Virus record (IMG/VR): IMGVR_UViG_3300044678_002668
Location: 15,503-79,502 of that record
Strand: one strand, 5' to 3'
DNA from: a virus
Length of the DNA stretch: 64,000 bases
Shown here: positions 24,924 through 34,820 of the stretch, in pieces
Layout of the letters: the number at the start of each line of letters is the position of its first letter
Position numbering within the stretch: the first letter of the stretch is position 1
The notes under the pieces: model-generated
Databases searched by the model: none
Told to the model about the DNA's origin: nothing
Seen by the model: the letters and a program-made list of their open reading frames with translations, nothing else
Program-made: the position numbers and the translations under genes

Positions 24924-25441
24924 AAACGGTAAAAACGCCAAAAGGTACAGAACTACAGGTAATGTCTCTTAAGGGTAAAGACTACATGCAAGTTCAACAG
25001 CGGTTGATCTGGTTTGTAGAGGAAAATCCTCGCTATGACATCCAGACTACAGTGGATACTTCTGTGGCAGATCAAGCCACTGCTCGATGCACAGTCGTAA
25101 TCTTTGATGAAGATAGCAAGGTTATCCGAAAGGTAACTTCACATAAAACAGAAACTGCTAAAGGCTTTGCTGATTATATTGAAAAAGCTGAGACAGGCTC
25201 TTTAGGCCGGGCTCTATCCCTTCTAGGATATGGTACACAGTTTAGTGCCGAACTAGATGAAGGTGACCGCATCGTTGACAGTCCTGTAACGGTAACTAAA
25301 TCTTCAGCAGTAACTACAATGTCAGAAGCTTTGTCTTCAATGTCTGGAAGTTCTGAGTCTTCTGCTGCATCTACCACTGTAGCTTCTAGTACAACAAAGC
25401 CAAAGTTTACACGTAAATCTTCTTCAGGATTTAGTATCTAA
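24920..25441 (+). CDS. putative single-strand annealing protein (Rad52/Sak-like)
   Basis: KGKDY..V..RL and EKAETGSLGRAL..LG motifs; near the exonuclease. Confidence 0.65.
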   Translation: MKTVKTPKGTELQVMSLKGKDYMQVQQRLIWFVEENPRYDIQTTVDTSVADQATARCTVVIFDEDSKVIRKVTSHKTETAKGFADYIEKAETGSLGRALSLLGYGTQFSAELDEGDRIVDSPVTVTKSSAVTTMSEALSSMSGSSESSAASTTVASSTTKPKFTRKSSSGFSI

Positions 25442-25770
25442 TGGAAAGCCAAATTAAAACTGAAAAGGTAAGCGTGGAAAGTGAAGATCCTAAAGTTCAA
25501 GAGCTTCTTAAAGTTGCTGAACATGATCTTAAAACTTTAGGTCCAATGTTCAATCGTCTCTTAGAGCAGAGTTCTGCTGGTGGAGTAAAACGTATTCTTA
25601 AAACAATTGCTACGTTTCAAGACGTTAAGCTAAAAAAAGAAGAGTTTGAACTTCATGCCTTGACAGAACATCTACTTAAGAGTAAACTAAGTATTATGTT
25701 AACCGCTGCACACCAAGCAGCTAACAAACAGAAAGAAGAAGGAGTACAAGAAAATGAATCGCAAGGGTAA
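25441..25770 (+). CDS. hypothetical protein
   Basis: TAATG coupling. Confidence 0.7.
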   Translation: MESQIKTEKVSVESEDPKVQELLKVAEHDLKTLGPMFNRLLEQSSAGGVKRILKTIATFQDVKLKKEEFELHALTEHLLKSKLSIMLTAAHQAANKQKEEGVQENESQG

Positions 25771-26032
25771 TTATAACGGCAATAAGTCTGGTGGTAGTGC
25801 TTGGCGGCGTGTAGGAGAAATCCTAGTTAGCAAACAAGGTAAAGCTTACGTCAAAATTAAAGAAGACGTAACTCTACAAAAAGACATGGTATTGCAGATG
25901 CAAGATCCTCGTGACCGTATCCACAAAGCTGTAGAAGCTGGACGCATGACTGAGGAACAAGCAGAAGAACGTTTGAGCAAGATTAAAGACTTCGTAAAGT
26001 ATGAGCTAGTCCTCGCTCCTCCACGAGACTAA
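25754..26032 (+). CDS. hypothetical protein (possible ssDNA-binding)
   Basis: AGGAG RBS; WRRVGEILVSKQGKAYVKI beta-strand pattern. Confidence 0.65.
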   Translation: MNRKGNYNGNKSGGSAWRRVGEILVSKQGKAYVKIKEDVTLQKDMVLQMQDPRDRIHKAVEAGRMTEEQAEERLSKIKDFVKYELVLAPPRD

Positions 26033-26061
26033 AGACTCCTTTACGATGATGTGACCCTGTA

Positions 26062-26094
26062 GGGGAGGTAGTGCAATGCTGCCTCCCCTTTTTT
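26062..26094 (+). terminator. rho-independent terminator upstream of primase-helicase
   Basis: GGGGAGGTAG...CTGCCTCCCC followed by TTTTTT. Confidence 0.8.
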
Positions 26095-26115
26095 AAAAAC
26101 GCTTGGAGGTTGGAG

Positions 26116-28080
26116 ATGATTGAAATGGCTCAGAAAAAATATGTTCGTGTTTCTCAGGGTGTGAATAAATATACGTTGGTACCTGAAGATCAGGTAGAAT
26201 CTCAAATTAAATCTAACGAAGAAGATTATTATACGTCTCTTTATACATATAATGAATCTCACTATAATACTTGGAAAAGCTCTAAGTCTGTAGCGGGCAT
26301 TCGAGATGTTGTTACTAATCGCATCTTCTTTGACTTTGATAAGAAGGATGATGTAGAGGCAGCTCGTAAAGACGCTGTGACTTTAGTGGACCGTCTAGTT
26401 AAAGACGGCATTAATCCCACTAACATTCAAATCTGCTTTTCTGGAAGCAAAGGTTTTTCCATTGAAGTGCTGTCAACAAACTATTTAAATCCTCAACAGT
26501 TTAAGAACTTAGTGTTTTCTTATGCTTCTGACCTTAAGACTTTCGATCAAGTTGTAAATGATCCTAATCGACTAATTCGAGTAGTGGGTACAAAGCATAA
26601 AGAATCAGGCCTATATAAGTTTCCTCTTAAGGCCGATCAGCTTAAGTTTCTTAAAGTGGAAGAAATCCTAAATCTTGCTAAAGATTTGGACAATGCAGAT
26701 GAGTCTTTGACTCAAGGGTGGATTCCTGTAGCTTTGCCTAAAGAAGTACATGAGCGAGCTTTTAAAGACACTCGACCAGAAAAACCAAAGGTAGAAATGA
26801 ATTTGGCAGTAATTGATTCCATTAAAGATTTGCCTTGGTACACTAAACCTAAGTGGCTTACAAACTGTAAGTTTTCCATTATGAATGGTTTCGTACCTCA
26901 AGGCCAACGAAACAATGCGTTAATGGCTTTGGCTGCCACTCTTAAAGCTCAAGGTTTTTCTAAAGAACATACTTTAGCTTCTTTAAAAACCACCACAGAG
27001 AAGATGGCTTCTCTAACTGGAGAGGATATCTTTCCTGAAGACGAGCTTAAGAAGAATGTTATTGAGTATGTGTATGGTCCTTCCTGGAAAGGTGGAGCTT
27101 ACACTTGCCGAGAAGAGGGTTGGCTTAAAAACTATTGCGATAGCTTAGGCCACCATAAGTGCCAACATACTCAAGTACTTGGAGATAGCCCACGTACCAT
27201 TATTGATGTTAGTCCAAAGTTCAAAGAGTTCGTAATGAACATTGAACAAAACACCATTAAGACTGGAGTACCCTCTCTAGATGAAAACCTATTCATCACC
27301 ACAGGAATGGGTCTTGGACTTGTTGGCGCTCCAGGTAGCGGTAAGAGTTCTTTGGCTTTGGAGATTTTAAACAACACTTCTAAGCAAGGTATTCCCTCTG
27401 TCTTTGCTTCTTTGGATATGACTGCCACTCGTATTTATGAAAAGCTTGCCTATCGTCTTACAGGCCAATCTCGTAAACAACTCTATGAGATGTTCCGACA
27501 GAACAAAGAAGAGAAGTATTTGGAAACTCTACAAGAGGAGTTTGGAAACGTTTTCTTCTACGATAAGAGTAGCCCCACTGTTCGGGAAATCCGAGATTAC
27601 ATTGTTGCTTGTGAACAGGAGAGTGGAAAGAAAATTAAGCTTGTAGTTATTGATTACTTTGAGAGAGTATTTTCTGACGTATCAGACGATACCGCTGCAA
27701 GTAAACGAGTGGCCGCTGAGATTCAGGACTTGATTAACGATTTGGGAGTCTGTGTAATTGTTCTGCTTCAGCCAAATAAAATGTCTGGAGACCTATCAGA
27801 TCCAATTACATCCTACTTATCCATTAAAGGAAGTTCCTTTATTCAGCAGTCTCTACGTATGATTTTGTCCGTATACAGGGAAGGTTTTGATCCTCGCCAT
27901 CCTCAAGACGACCGCTATCTAACCATTAACGTTCTTAAGAACGATTTGGGAGAAACCAATAGTTTTGACTTCCTATGGGAAGGCAAGCGTGGTAAAATCT
28001 ATGAAGCTTCTCCTGAAGATCTAGATGACTTAGATGCTATTCGTAAACGGAGAAAGCAAGAGGATTCGGAGGGCTGGTGA
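26116..28080 (+). CDS. AEP primase-helicase (PrimPol + PriCT + DnaB-like helicase)
   Basis: FFDFD, FSGSKGF, RLIRVVGT, GQRNNAL (PriCT), Walker A GAPGSGKS, VVIDY; start 26116 or 26125. Confidence 0.9.
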   Translation: MIEMAQKKYVRVSQGVNKYTLVPEDQVESQIKSNEEDYYTSLYTYNESHYNTWKSSKSVAGIRDVVTNRIFFDFDKKDDVEAARKDAVTLVDRLVKDGINPTNIQICFSGSKGFSIEVLSTNYLNPQQFKNLVFSYASDLKTFDQVVNDPNRLIRVVGTKHKESGLYKFPLKADQLKFLKVEEILNLAKDLDNADESLTQGWIPVALPKEVHERAFKDTRPEKPKVEMNLAVIDSIKDLPWYTKPKWLTNCKFSIMNGFVPQGQRNNALMALAATLKAQGFSKEHTLASLKTTTEKMASLTGEDIFPEDELKKNVIEYVYGPSWKGGAYTCREEGWLKNYCDSLGHHKCQHTQVLGDSPRTIIDVSPKFKEFVMNIEQNTIKTGVPSLDENLFITTGMGLGLVGAPGSGKSSLALEILNNTSKQGIPSVFASLDMTATRIYEKLAYRLTGQSRKQLYEMFRQNKEEKYLETLQEEFGNVFFYDKSSPTVREIRDYIVACEQESGKKIKLVVIDYFERVFSDVSDDTAASKRVAAEIQDLINDLGVCVIVLLQPNKMSGDLSDPITSYLSIKGSSFIQQSLRMILSVYREGFDPRHPQDDRYLTINVLKNDLGETNSFDFLWEGKRGKIYEASPEDLDDLDAIRKRRKQEDSEGW

Positions 28081-28385
28081 AAATTAGTAGAACCTTTCTT
28101 CTAGCGTTTCAAAGGCAGCACGTACTTATTCTTTTAAAAAATGTTGGAGCAGTGAGTCTAGATCAATCCGCAGATGGAGAGTTCCGAGTAAGTGGAGCTG
28201 CCGCTGTAATGGGATATGTCATAGACCACTGCGATAACTTCCTATACTTAGGAAACAAAGAAGGTACGGTTATTGAAAAGGCAGTGTCCATTGTGGATAT
28301 TTCTTCCATCTCTTTACACGAAGAAGAGGAAGAAATTTCCTTAATCACCGCTGAAGGTCCTAAGAGCGATATGGAGATTAACTAA
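28077..28385 (+). CDS. hypothetical protein
   Basis: GTGA overlap. Confidence 0.7.
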   Translation: MKISRTFLLAFQRQHVLILLKNVGAVSLDQSADGEFRVSGAAAVMGYVIDHCDNFLYLGNKEGTVIEKAVSIVDISSISLHEEEEEISLITAEGPKSDMEIN

Positions 28386-30634
28386 TGTCTGACATTGAAG
28401 TGACCATTTTAAAAAATAAACAAGACCTAGATGAAGTACTAGGCTATTTAAAACAACATTTTAACGATGGTTCAGTTCATGTATTAGACGTGGAAACAGA
28501 TAGCTCCACTCCTCAAACAGCTACCTTGTATGGGCTTGGTATTTCAGTGGACGAAAACCAAGCCTTCTATATCCCCTTTAAATCTCCTGAAGGCAAGAGC
28601 CTTGTTGGAGACCTATACAAAAAAGATATCCAAAACTTTCTTCTATCTCAAAACATGCGGGTAGTGGGACATAATCTAAGCTACGACGTTATTGTTTTAA
28701 AACAGCAATTAGGAGTGGACTTAGTTCCTAAGATCTATTGTGACACTATTCTTTTAAAGCACACGGTGGATGAAGAGAGACCTCATGGTCTTAAAGAAAC
28801 CGCTGTGAAGTACTTAGGTTCTTGGGCTGATAAAGCCCAGCAGGACCTTTATGACAGTATTGAAGATAACGGCGGGTCCACCACCAAAGAAAATTTGGAA
28901 ATGTATAAAGCCTCTACAGAGGTATTAGGAACCTATTGCGGTTGGGACGTATGTCTAACCTATAAACTTCTTAACATATTGTCTAAAAAGCTTGAAGAAG
29001 AAAAGCTTCAAGAGTTGTTTTACGAAAAAGAAGTGATGCCTCTTTACAAAGAAGTCACTATTCCCATGATAGAAAAAGGCTTTCCTGTAGACACAAATCA
29101 TCTACAGAAGCTTCAAGTACAGATTCAAAGCGAAATAGATCAGATTGAGTCAGGCTTATACAATACTCTTAAAGACATCTTGATATTGCGAGAAGCTGAA
29201 GTATTAGAAAAGAAAGCTCCAGTTAAACGTTCTGGAAAGTTCCCAGTAGTGTTGGCTGAGGTTAGTGGAGTAAAGCTCCCCATTAATCCTAAAACTGGCC
29301 AGGTTACGCTTTCTGCTAAAGCCTTGGCAGAAACCCTAGATCAAGAAAGCCCTTTCTATAAGTGGATTACAGAGCAATCAGAAGGAGAGGGCCTATTATT
29401 AGAACAGGCCCAAAAGGAACTATATTTCTCTAAATATCCTAATCGTAGGTATGTATTTAATTTTAAGAGTGCAGATGACTTAAAGTGGCTTTTCTTTGAC
29501 CAGCTAAAAAAAACTCCCCTTTCCACCACTGAAACAGGGGAGCCCCAGGTTAATGAAGATTTTATTGAAACTATGGATTATCCATGGGTTCAGGATTTAT
29601 TGGACTTTAAACGCTTAATTAAACTAGAGTCTACCTATATTACTGGAATGTTAGACGTACAGATTAATGGAGTGGTATATCCATCCTGGATGCAGTTTGG
29701 CACTACATCAGGCCGTTATTCTTGTTCTGGCCCCAATCTTCAACAGATTCCTAGGATTAGAGAAGAAGATAGTGATGAGATTTCTGAACGGGTTAAGAAG
29801 TATTTTAATCAGATCAAAGCGGCTTTCATTGCTCCAGAAGGCTATAAGCTAGTTAATGCTGACTATTCCCAGCTAGAACCTTGTGCCTTTGCTTGCGCTT
29901 CTGGAGACGCTAAGCTCCAAGAATCCTTTAGAAAAGGACATGATTTATATTCCTCAATTGCCATTGAAGCTTTTGGATTAGAAGGATACAGCGCAAACAA
30001 AAAAGATTCTAACTATCTAGGAGCCCATAAAAAAGACTTACGTCAGGTGGCTAAGGTTATTGCTCTTGCCACTGTATATGGAGCTGGAGCTGGACGGCTT
30101 TCTTCTACACTAAAGGTAGACAAAGAAGAAGCTCAAAAGATTATTGACGACTATTTAAGTGCCTATCCTCAGCTTAAAAGTTATATGGAAACTTGTGATT
30201 TACAGGCCATTACTTTAGGTAAGGTTACCTCTAGGTTTGGAAGAGTGCGCCATTTAAAAGAAGCTAAAGAGCTTTATAAGATTTATGGAGATGATATTTT
30301 AGATGAAGAGTTATGCCGTAGAAATAAAAAACTTAGAGAACCTTTTTGGAAACTGAAGGGTTTACTTAACCTAGCAAAGAATCATCCTATTCAAGCAACA
30401 GCGGCCTATATCGTTAATCAAGCTTCCATTGCCGTCACTAGAAAGATGAAAGAAGTTGGTATTGAAGGTTATGTTGCTGGTCAAGTACATGATGAGATTT
30501 GCTGTATTGTTAAAGAAAAAGATGCAGATAAAGTAAAAGAACTCTTGAAAAGTTCTATGGAATCAACTACAATTATCGAAGTACCTTTAAGAGCCGATCC
30601 TCTTATTGGAAAAAATTGGGCAGAAGCAAAATAA
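28385..30634 (+). CDS. polA: family A DNA polymerase with 3'-5' exonuclease
   Basis: DVET exo I, GHNLSYD, TTSGRYS..PNLQQIP, DYSQLE, RQVAKVIALATVYG, QVHDE. Confidence 0.95.
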   Translation: MSDIEVTILKNKQDLDEVLGYLKQHFNDGSVHVLDVETDSSTPQTATLYGLGISVDENQAFYIPFKSPEGKSLVGDLYKKDIQNFLLSQNMRVVGHNLSYDVIVLKQQLGVDLVPKIYCDTILLKHTVDEERPHGLKETAVKYLGSWADKAQQDLYDSIEDNGGSTTKENLEMYKASTEVLGTYCGWDVCLTYKLLNILSKKLEEEKLQELFYEKEVMPLYKEVTIPMIEKGFPVDTNHLQKLQVQIQSEIDQIESGLYNTLKDILILREAEVLEKKAPVKRSGKFPVVLAEVSGVKLPINPKTGQVTLSAKALAETLDQESPFYKWITEQSEGEGLLLEQAQKELYFSKYPNRRYVFNFKSADDLKWLFFDQLKKTPLSTTETGEPQVNEDFIETMDYPWVQDLLDFKRLIKLESTYITGMLDVQINGVVYPSWMQFGTTSGRYSCSGPNLQQIPRIREEDSDEISERVKKYFNQIKAAFIAPEGYKLVNADYSQLEPCAFACASGDAKLQESFRKGHDLYSSIAIEAFGLEGYSANKKDSNYLGAHKKDLRQVAKVIALATVYGAGAGRLSSTLKVDKEEAQKIIDDYLSAYPQLKSYMETCDLQAITLGKVTSRFGRVRHLKEAKELYKIYGDDILDEELCRRNKKLREPFWKLKGLLNLAKNHPIQATAAYIVNQASIAVTRKMKEVGIEGYVAGQVHDEICCIVKEKDADKVKELLKSSMESTTIIEVPLRADPLIGKNWAEAK

Positions 30635-30639
30635 GGAGT

Positions 30640-31356
30640 ATGAGAGTGAAAGCAAAAAAGCAGCCTAAAATTTTGGTTATTGGAGATACGCATTTTCCAG
30701 CGGCGGATCAAAGGGTTCTAGAAGCCATTTACAAAGAAGCTCAGGAAATGAAGCCTGACTATATTGTACAGCTTGGAGACCTATATGATTTTTTCTGTTT
30801 CTCTAAGTTTGCTCGATCTCTTAATTGGATGACTCCAGAAGAAGAGATTAATTTAGGACGAGAACAAGCTGAAGAGTTTTGGAAACGTTTACAGAAAGCT
30901 GCTCCTAAAGCTCAGTGTTACCAGCTTCTTGGAAACCACGATCAACGTTTATTAAAACGAGTGTTAGATAAAGTTCCAGAGCTTGAGTCCATTATGTCTG
31001 CTCAAAAAGAACTGTTTAACTTTTCTAAAGTCACTAGCATGAAAGATGCCACTAGTGAACTCATCTTAGGGGATATCCTCTTTATTCATGGATATAAGAG
31101 TGGGCTTGGTGCTCATATGCGCCGCAATGGTAAGAAGACTGTAGTGGGTCATTCCCATCTTGGTGGCGTAGTAAATGAGAAGTTTCTTGGTTCCGTATTG
31201 TGGGAAGCCAATGCTGGCTACACTGGAGACCCTTCTCAACCAGTGTTTAAATATGGAAGTCAAGACACTGACAAGTGGACTCGCGGCTATCTCACTATTG
31301 ATGAGAAAGGTCCTAAGTTTATTTGTCTAGAAGACCAACTCTACAAGGGGAAATAA
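30640..31356 (+). CDS. calcineurin-like metallophosphoesterase
   Basis: GDTH, GD, GNHD, HG, GHSH. Confidence 0.92.
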   Translation: MRVKAKKQPKILVIGDTHFPAADQRVLEAIYKEAQEMKPDYIVQLGDLYDFFCFSKFARSLNWMTPEEEINLGREQAEEFWKRLQKAAPKAQCYQLLGNHDQRLLKRVLDKVPELESIMSAQKELFNFSKVTSMKDATSELILGDILFIHGYKSGLGAHMRRNGKKTVVGHSHLGGVVNEKFLGSVLWEANAGYTGDPSQPVFKYGSQDTDKWTRGYLTIDEKGPKFICLEDQLYKGK

Positions 31357-31764
31357 ATGAAAGTGGCTCGATTTAATTACATGGGCGATACTTGGACTAT
31401 CTATCTGACTTCTCCAGAAGAAGTGGCTCAGCTTGCAGATGATCCTAGCTGCCCTGCATTTGTTGAGCCAGATGATAGACAGATTTATTTTTCTAATACA
31501 TATGATTTAAACTCTGTTAATATTCGCCACGAGCTTTGGCATGTCTGTTTTCATTATAGATATTTAGACTCCACCATTGGACTTTCTGTACAAGACGTTG
31601 AAGAAATTAGTGCAGAAACATTTGCCAGAGAGGGTGAAAAGCTGGTACAATTATCTATACTCTTAGAGAAGAAGCTCAAAGAACTAGCGGAATCTAAATC
31701 AGAAGAAGACATGGAGATTGACCTTGAAGAAACAAAAGAAAAAGGAAGACGGAAAAAAGAATGA
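31357..31764 (+). CDS. putative zincin-like metallopeptidase
   Basis: HELWH motif plus downstream EE. Confidence 0.65.
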   Translation: MKVARFNYMGDTWTIYLTSPEEVAQLADDPSCPAFVEPDDRQIYFSNTYDLNSVNIRHELWHVCFHYRYLDSTIGLSVQDVEEISAETFAREGEKLVQLSILLEKKLKELAESKSEEDMEIDLEETKEKGRRKKE

Positions 31765-32116
31765 CCAGAATAAACCCTCCCTCTCTCTTATTCCTGGAGA
31801 GGCCATATGGGCATGTGGACAGGCTCTATCACATGGTGCTAAGGTCTATGGTAGGTACAATTTTCGCAAGGGACTCTCTCATTCGCGCCTTTTGGACTCT
31901 GCACTTAGACATATTACACAGAGGTTAATGGGAGAAGAAATTGATAAGGATTCAGGTAATCTCCATATTTGGAATGCCATGGCTAGTTTAGCTATGTATG
32001 AATGGATGAGAGTTAATAGACCCGACTTAAACGATTTGTACGAGTATCCTAAAAAGAAAGGCCTTAAAAATGCAAGTAATAACAAACGAACTAAGAGTCG
32101 CGGTGGACGTAGATAA
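31718..32116 (+). CDS. DUF5664 dATP/dGTP diphosphohydrolase-domain protein
   Basis: KNDQNKPSLSLIP..GAKVYGRYNFRKG..SALRH..DKDSGNLH; start may be TTG 31724. Confidence 0.8.
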   Translation: MTLKKQKKKEDGKKNDQNKPSLSLIPGEAIWACGQALSHGAKVYGRYNFRKGLSHSRLLDSALRHITQRLMGEEIDKDSGNLHIWNAMASLAMYEWMRVNRPDLNDLYEYPKKKGLKNASNNKRTKSRGGRR

Positions 32117-32417
32117 CACCATTATTAAATGGGTAAACTCACCTACAGAAAATTCAAAAACAGTTTCTTATTACGGCACGTCTAAAGAAGTAGAGCCTAA
32201 TCAAGCAGTGATTGCTTTTGTAAAATCTTTAAAGCAACGAGGCTATCACGTCACAGTACATTCTAACAACGGTTGGCAATGGGCTAAGAATGTAGTGGAG
32301 GCTTTGGAACTAGAGTCAGTGGTGGATTTAGTATGTACTAAAAGCAGTAAGTGTATTGATGATGAACTAAATGTAGAACATATTATTGGTACTCTCATTA
32401 ATCCAGAGATATTATGA
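32070..32417 (+). CDS. HAD-superfamily phosphatase-like protein
   Basis: VAVDVDNTI (DxDxT), K..IDD. Confidence 0.75.
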   Translation: MQVITNELRVAVDVDNTIIKWVNSPTENSKTVSYYGTSKEVEPNQAVIAFVKSLKQRGYHVTVHSNNGWQWAKNVVEALELESVVDLVCTKSSKCIDDELNVEHIIGTLINPEIL

Positions 32418-32731
32418 TTAATCTATATTTTATGACTGTTCAAAAATTGCAATATCAAGTTGCAGCACAAATTATTTTTTATACTGGAAGATCTCCTTAC
32501 TACCTACTTTCTGCACACTATATGTTAGAAGCTCCATATACTAACTTAGACAATTTTTATTTAATTTACAACAACTCTTTTGTACATAAATTACATAGCT
32601 TTTTTAATAAGTTTTTTGGTTCTAATACAGATCCTTTATACATAAAGGAAGAGCAGTTTAAAAATATCTTGCTAGACATACGAAAACATTGGTACAATAA
32701 TTTGTTTGAACATGGATTTAAAGTACTATGA
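32414..32731 (+). CDS. AT-rich hypothetical protein
   Basis: ATGA overlaps. Confidence 0.6.
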   Translation: MINLYFMTVQKLQYQVAAQIIFYTGRSPYYLLSAHYMLEAPYTNLDNFYLIYNNSFVHKLHSFFNKFFGSNTDPLYIKEEQFKNILLDIRKHWYNNLFEHGFKVL

Positions 32732-32844
32732 ATCTTTTATGTAGAGTTTTAGATTATAGGGAACCTACCGCTTTTGGTATAACTTTATGGTATAGAAAAG
32801 TATTTGATATGTTTATAGATATTCCAACACATGAGTATAGTTAA
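32728..32844 (+). CDS. microprotein (38 aa)
   Basis: Hand-translated MNLLCRVLDYREPT...; ATGA overlap. Confidence 0.5.
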   Translation: MNLLCRVLDYREPTAFGITLWYRKVFDMFIDIPTHEYS

Positions 32845-32892
32845 ATGCAAAGACATTCAAGAAGAGTAGTGCAACATAGAAAGAAAGGACAC

Positions 32893-33183
32893 ATGTCCAA
32901 GAGTAAGAGTCATAAAGAGGGTGAAGACTTACGACAAGAAATTAAAAAATGGAAGACCTATGCTCGCCATCTTGAAAAGCGGTTAAAACAGTATGAAAAA
33001 TTAGATCATTACTTGGAAGAGGCTCTAGAAACTGTACATGAATCTGAAGCTTCTAAAGAACATGAAACATCATATAAAGATCCTAAATGTCCAGACTGCC
33101 ATAAAGGTACTCTACGGGTATTGGATTTAGGAAGGTTTACCTATCATGCGTGCTCGCACTGCTCGTACCGCAAAAAGATCTAA
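32893..33183 (+). CDS. coiled-coil protein with C-terminal zinc ribbon
   Basis: CPDC...CSHC; AAGGA RBS. Confidence 0.75.
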   Translation: MSKSKSHKEGEDLRQEIKKWKTYARHLEKRLKQYEKLDHYLEEALETVHESEASKEHETSYKDPKCPDCHKGTLRVLDLGRFTYHACSHCSYRKKI

Positions 33184-33565
33184 GAAAAAACCTAAAGTAA
33201 AACGAGTAAAGAAAAAGAAGGAGTGGCGTCTAGAGCGGTATTTAATTCCAGCTCTTAGACGCATTTGGCGTTATTATCCTATTCGTAGGTCTGTAAAAAG
33301 TTCTTGCATTTTACCCAACGGTATGATAGCATGTAATATGTGTAAGCTTCAATTTAGAGAAGAAAACATTCAAGTAGACCACATCATACCTGTAGGCTCT
33401 CTTCCTAAGCTTGAATCTGGCAAAATTGATTGGAACACCTATATTGAAAGACTCTTGTGTGTTCCTGAAAATCTTCAGTGCTTGTGTGAATCTTGTCATA
33501 AAGATAAAACACAGCGAGAAAACCAGGAGAGAAAACGTGCAAAAAAGCTTTTGGACCCCAGCTAG
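33146..33565 (+). CDS. HNH endonuclease
   Basis: CNMC, VDHIIP, NLQCLCESCH. Confidence 0.85.
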   Translation: MRARTARTAKRSKKKPKVKRVKKKKEWRLERYLIPALRRIWRYYPIRRSVKSSCILPNGMIACNMCKLQFREENIQVDHIIPVGSLPKLESGKIDWNTYIERLLCVPENLQCLCESCHKDKTQRENQERKRAKKLLDPS

Positions 33566-34238
33566 AGTTTTTGTATATTCCGTTCTTTTAATGTTAACCG
33601 CCCTTACAACTCACTTATATCTTCAAGGATTGGGCTATTTTGTAAGAGAAGAGTTTTCTTACGACTTGCCTCCAATGAAGCTTTGTGAAGAATATAAAGC
33701 TTATATGAACGATTCTCCAGAAGTTCGTTTAAGGGGCACTGGATCTTTCTGTTCTGGTGTTGTGGTTAGTTCTAAATACATTTTAACTGCTGCCCATTGT
33801 GTAGAGGAACTTAAACAACCTTTAAGCATTGAGGACACTTCCTTACACTATCTTGGCATTGCTAGAGTGGTGGGCATTAGCGACAAATACGATAGTGCTT
33901 TGTTGTTAGCGGATTTAAAACATCTCATTAGACCTGCCAAAGTGGATTTTACGGGAGAGTTTTCTAAATCTATGACAGTGCCCATTATCACTTGTGGATG
34001 GCCAGAAACACAAAAGCACCTTCTTTGTACTCCTGGAATGTTAACTGGTACACTATTCTTTAAACGTACTGGTAAGGGTCTTTTGTATCAGGGAATGTCT
34101 GGAGGACCTACCTATCACGCTTTAAACAGAGTGGTGGTGGGTCTTAATTCCGCTGTAACTGTAAACTCCATTGTGGTGGCTCCCATTGTAGGATTACCTG
34201 AATTATTTAATGTGAGGGTATTGCATGAATGTCAATAA
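33537..34238 (+). CDS. membrane-anchored trypsin-like serine protease
   Basis: N-terminal TM; CSGVVV..ILTAAHC, YDSALL, GMSGGP; GTG start after AGGAG. Confidence 0.88.
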   Translation: MQKSFWTPARVFVYSVLLMLTALTTHLYLQGLGYFVREEFSYDLPPMKLCEEYKAYMNDSPEVRLRGTGSFCSGVVVSSKYILTAAHCVEELKQPLSIEDTSLHYLGIARVVGISDKYDSALLLADLKHLIRPAKVDFTGEFSKSMTVPIITCGWPETQKHLLCTPGMLTGTLFFKRTGKGLLYQGMSGGPTYHALNRVVVGLNSAVTVNSIVVAPIVGLPELFNVRVLHECQ

Positions 34239-34503
34239 TGTGTTAACATTAGTTTTAGGATTAATTATAGGAGTGGGAGCTACTTGGTACTTTACAAATG
34301 ATCCTGAAGCTAATAGACGATTTTTAGAACAGATTAAAGAGTTAGAAAAAGATAAAGCTAGGTTAGAAGAGCAGCTAAAACAAGCTAAAAAAGAAGAGTT
34401 ACAAATTGTAGAAAGGGTTCGCAATCGTGAAAAATCTAAAGATGTTAAAGAAGTTCTTGCTTATTGGCGCTCTGCTAAACATTACACTCCAGGCCCATAC
34501 TGA
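34225..34503 (+). CDS. putative i-spanin-like membrane protein
   Basis: N-terminal TM + coiled coil; overlaps next gene. Confidence 0.5.
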   Translation: MNVNNVLTLVLGLIIGVGATWYFTNDPEANRRFLEQIKELEKDKARLEEQLKQAKKEELQIVERVRNREKSKDVKEVLAYWRSAKHYTPGPY

Positions 34504-34819
34504 GGAATACCTTGGAGCAGCTTTTGTAGATAAAGGAGAACCCGCTCCCTTTGCTGGATTTTTATTAACTCCTCAAAAAGAATTTGCCATTCGAGAAGAG
34601 CGAGAGATTAACCTTGAGCGTTTGGATAATTATAAAATCCAAAACGACATCCTTTCTAAGTTAGTGGGGGCTCAACATACTCAAATTGAAGTACTCACTA
34701 AAGATCATTTGCGATTAGAAGAAGAGCTAGAAGAGTCTAAATCCCGACAACGTATTACTTTTGTAGCTGGAGTGGCAGCTACATTAGGCACTATGTTTGT
34801 CCTATCTAACGTAAGGTAA
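34427..34819 (+). CDS. putative spanin-like exported protein
   Basis: Signal peptide, GEPAPFAGFLL, coiled coil, C-terminal TM. Confidence 0.5.
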   Translation: MKNLKMLKKFLLIGALLNITLQAHTEEYLGAAFVDKGEPAPFAGFLLTPQKEFAIREEREINLERLDNYKIQNDILSKLVGAQHTQIEVLTKDHLRLEEELEESKSRQRITFVAGVAATLGTMFVLSNVR

Positions 34820-34820
34820 G

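Noticed and set aside
26041-26115. ORF-track start at 26071 for the primase-helicase, and the - strand ORF 26041-26262
   Set aside because: Position 26071 lies inside a terminator hairpin, while SD-supported starts are at 26116/26125. The antisense ORF is a shadow.
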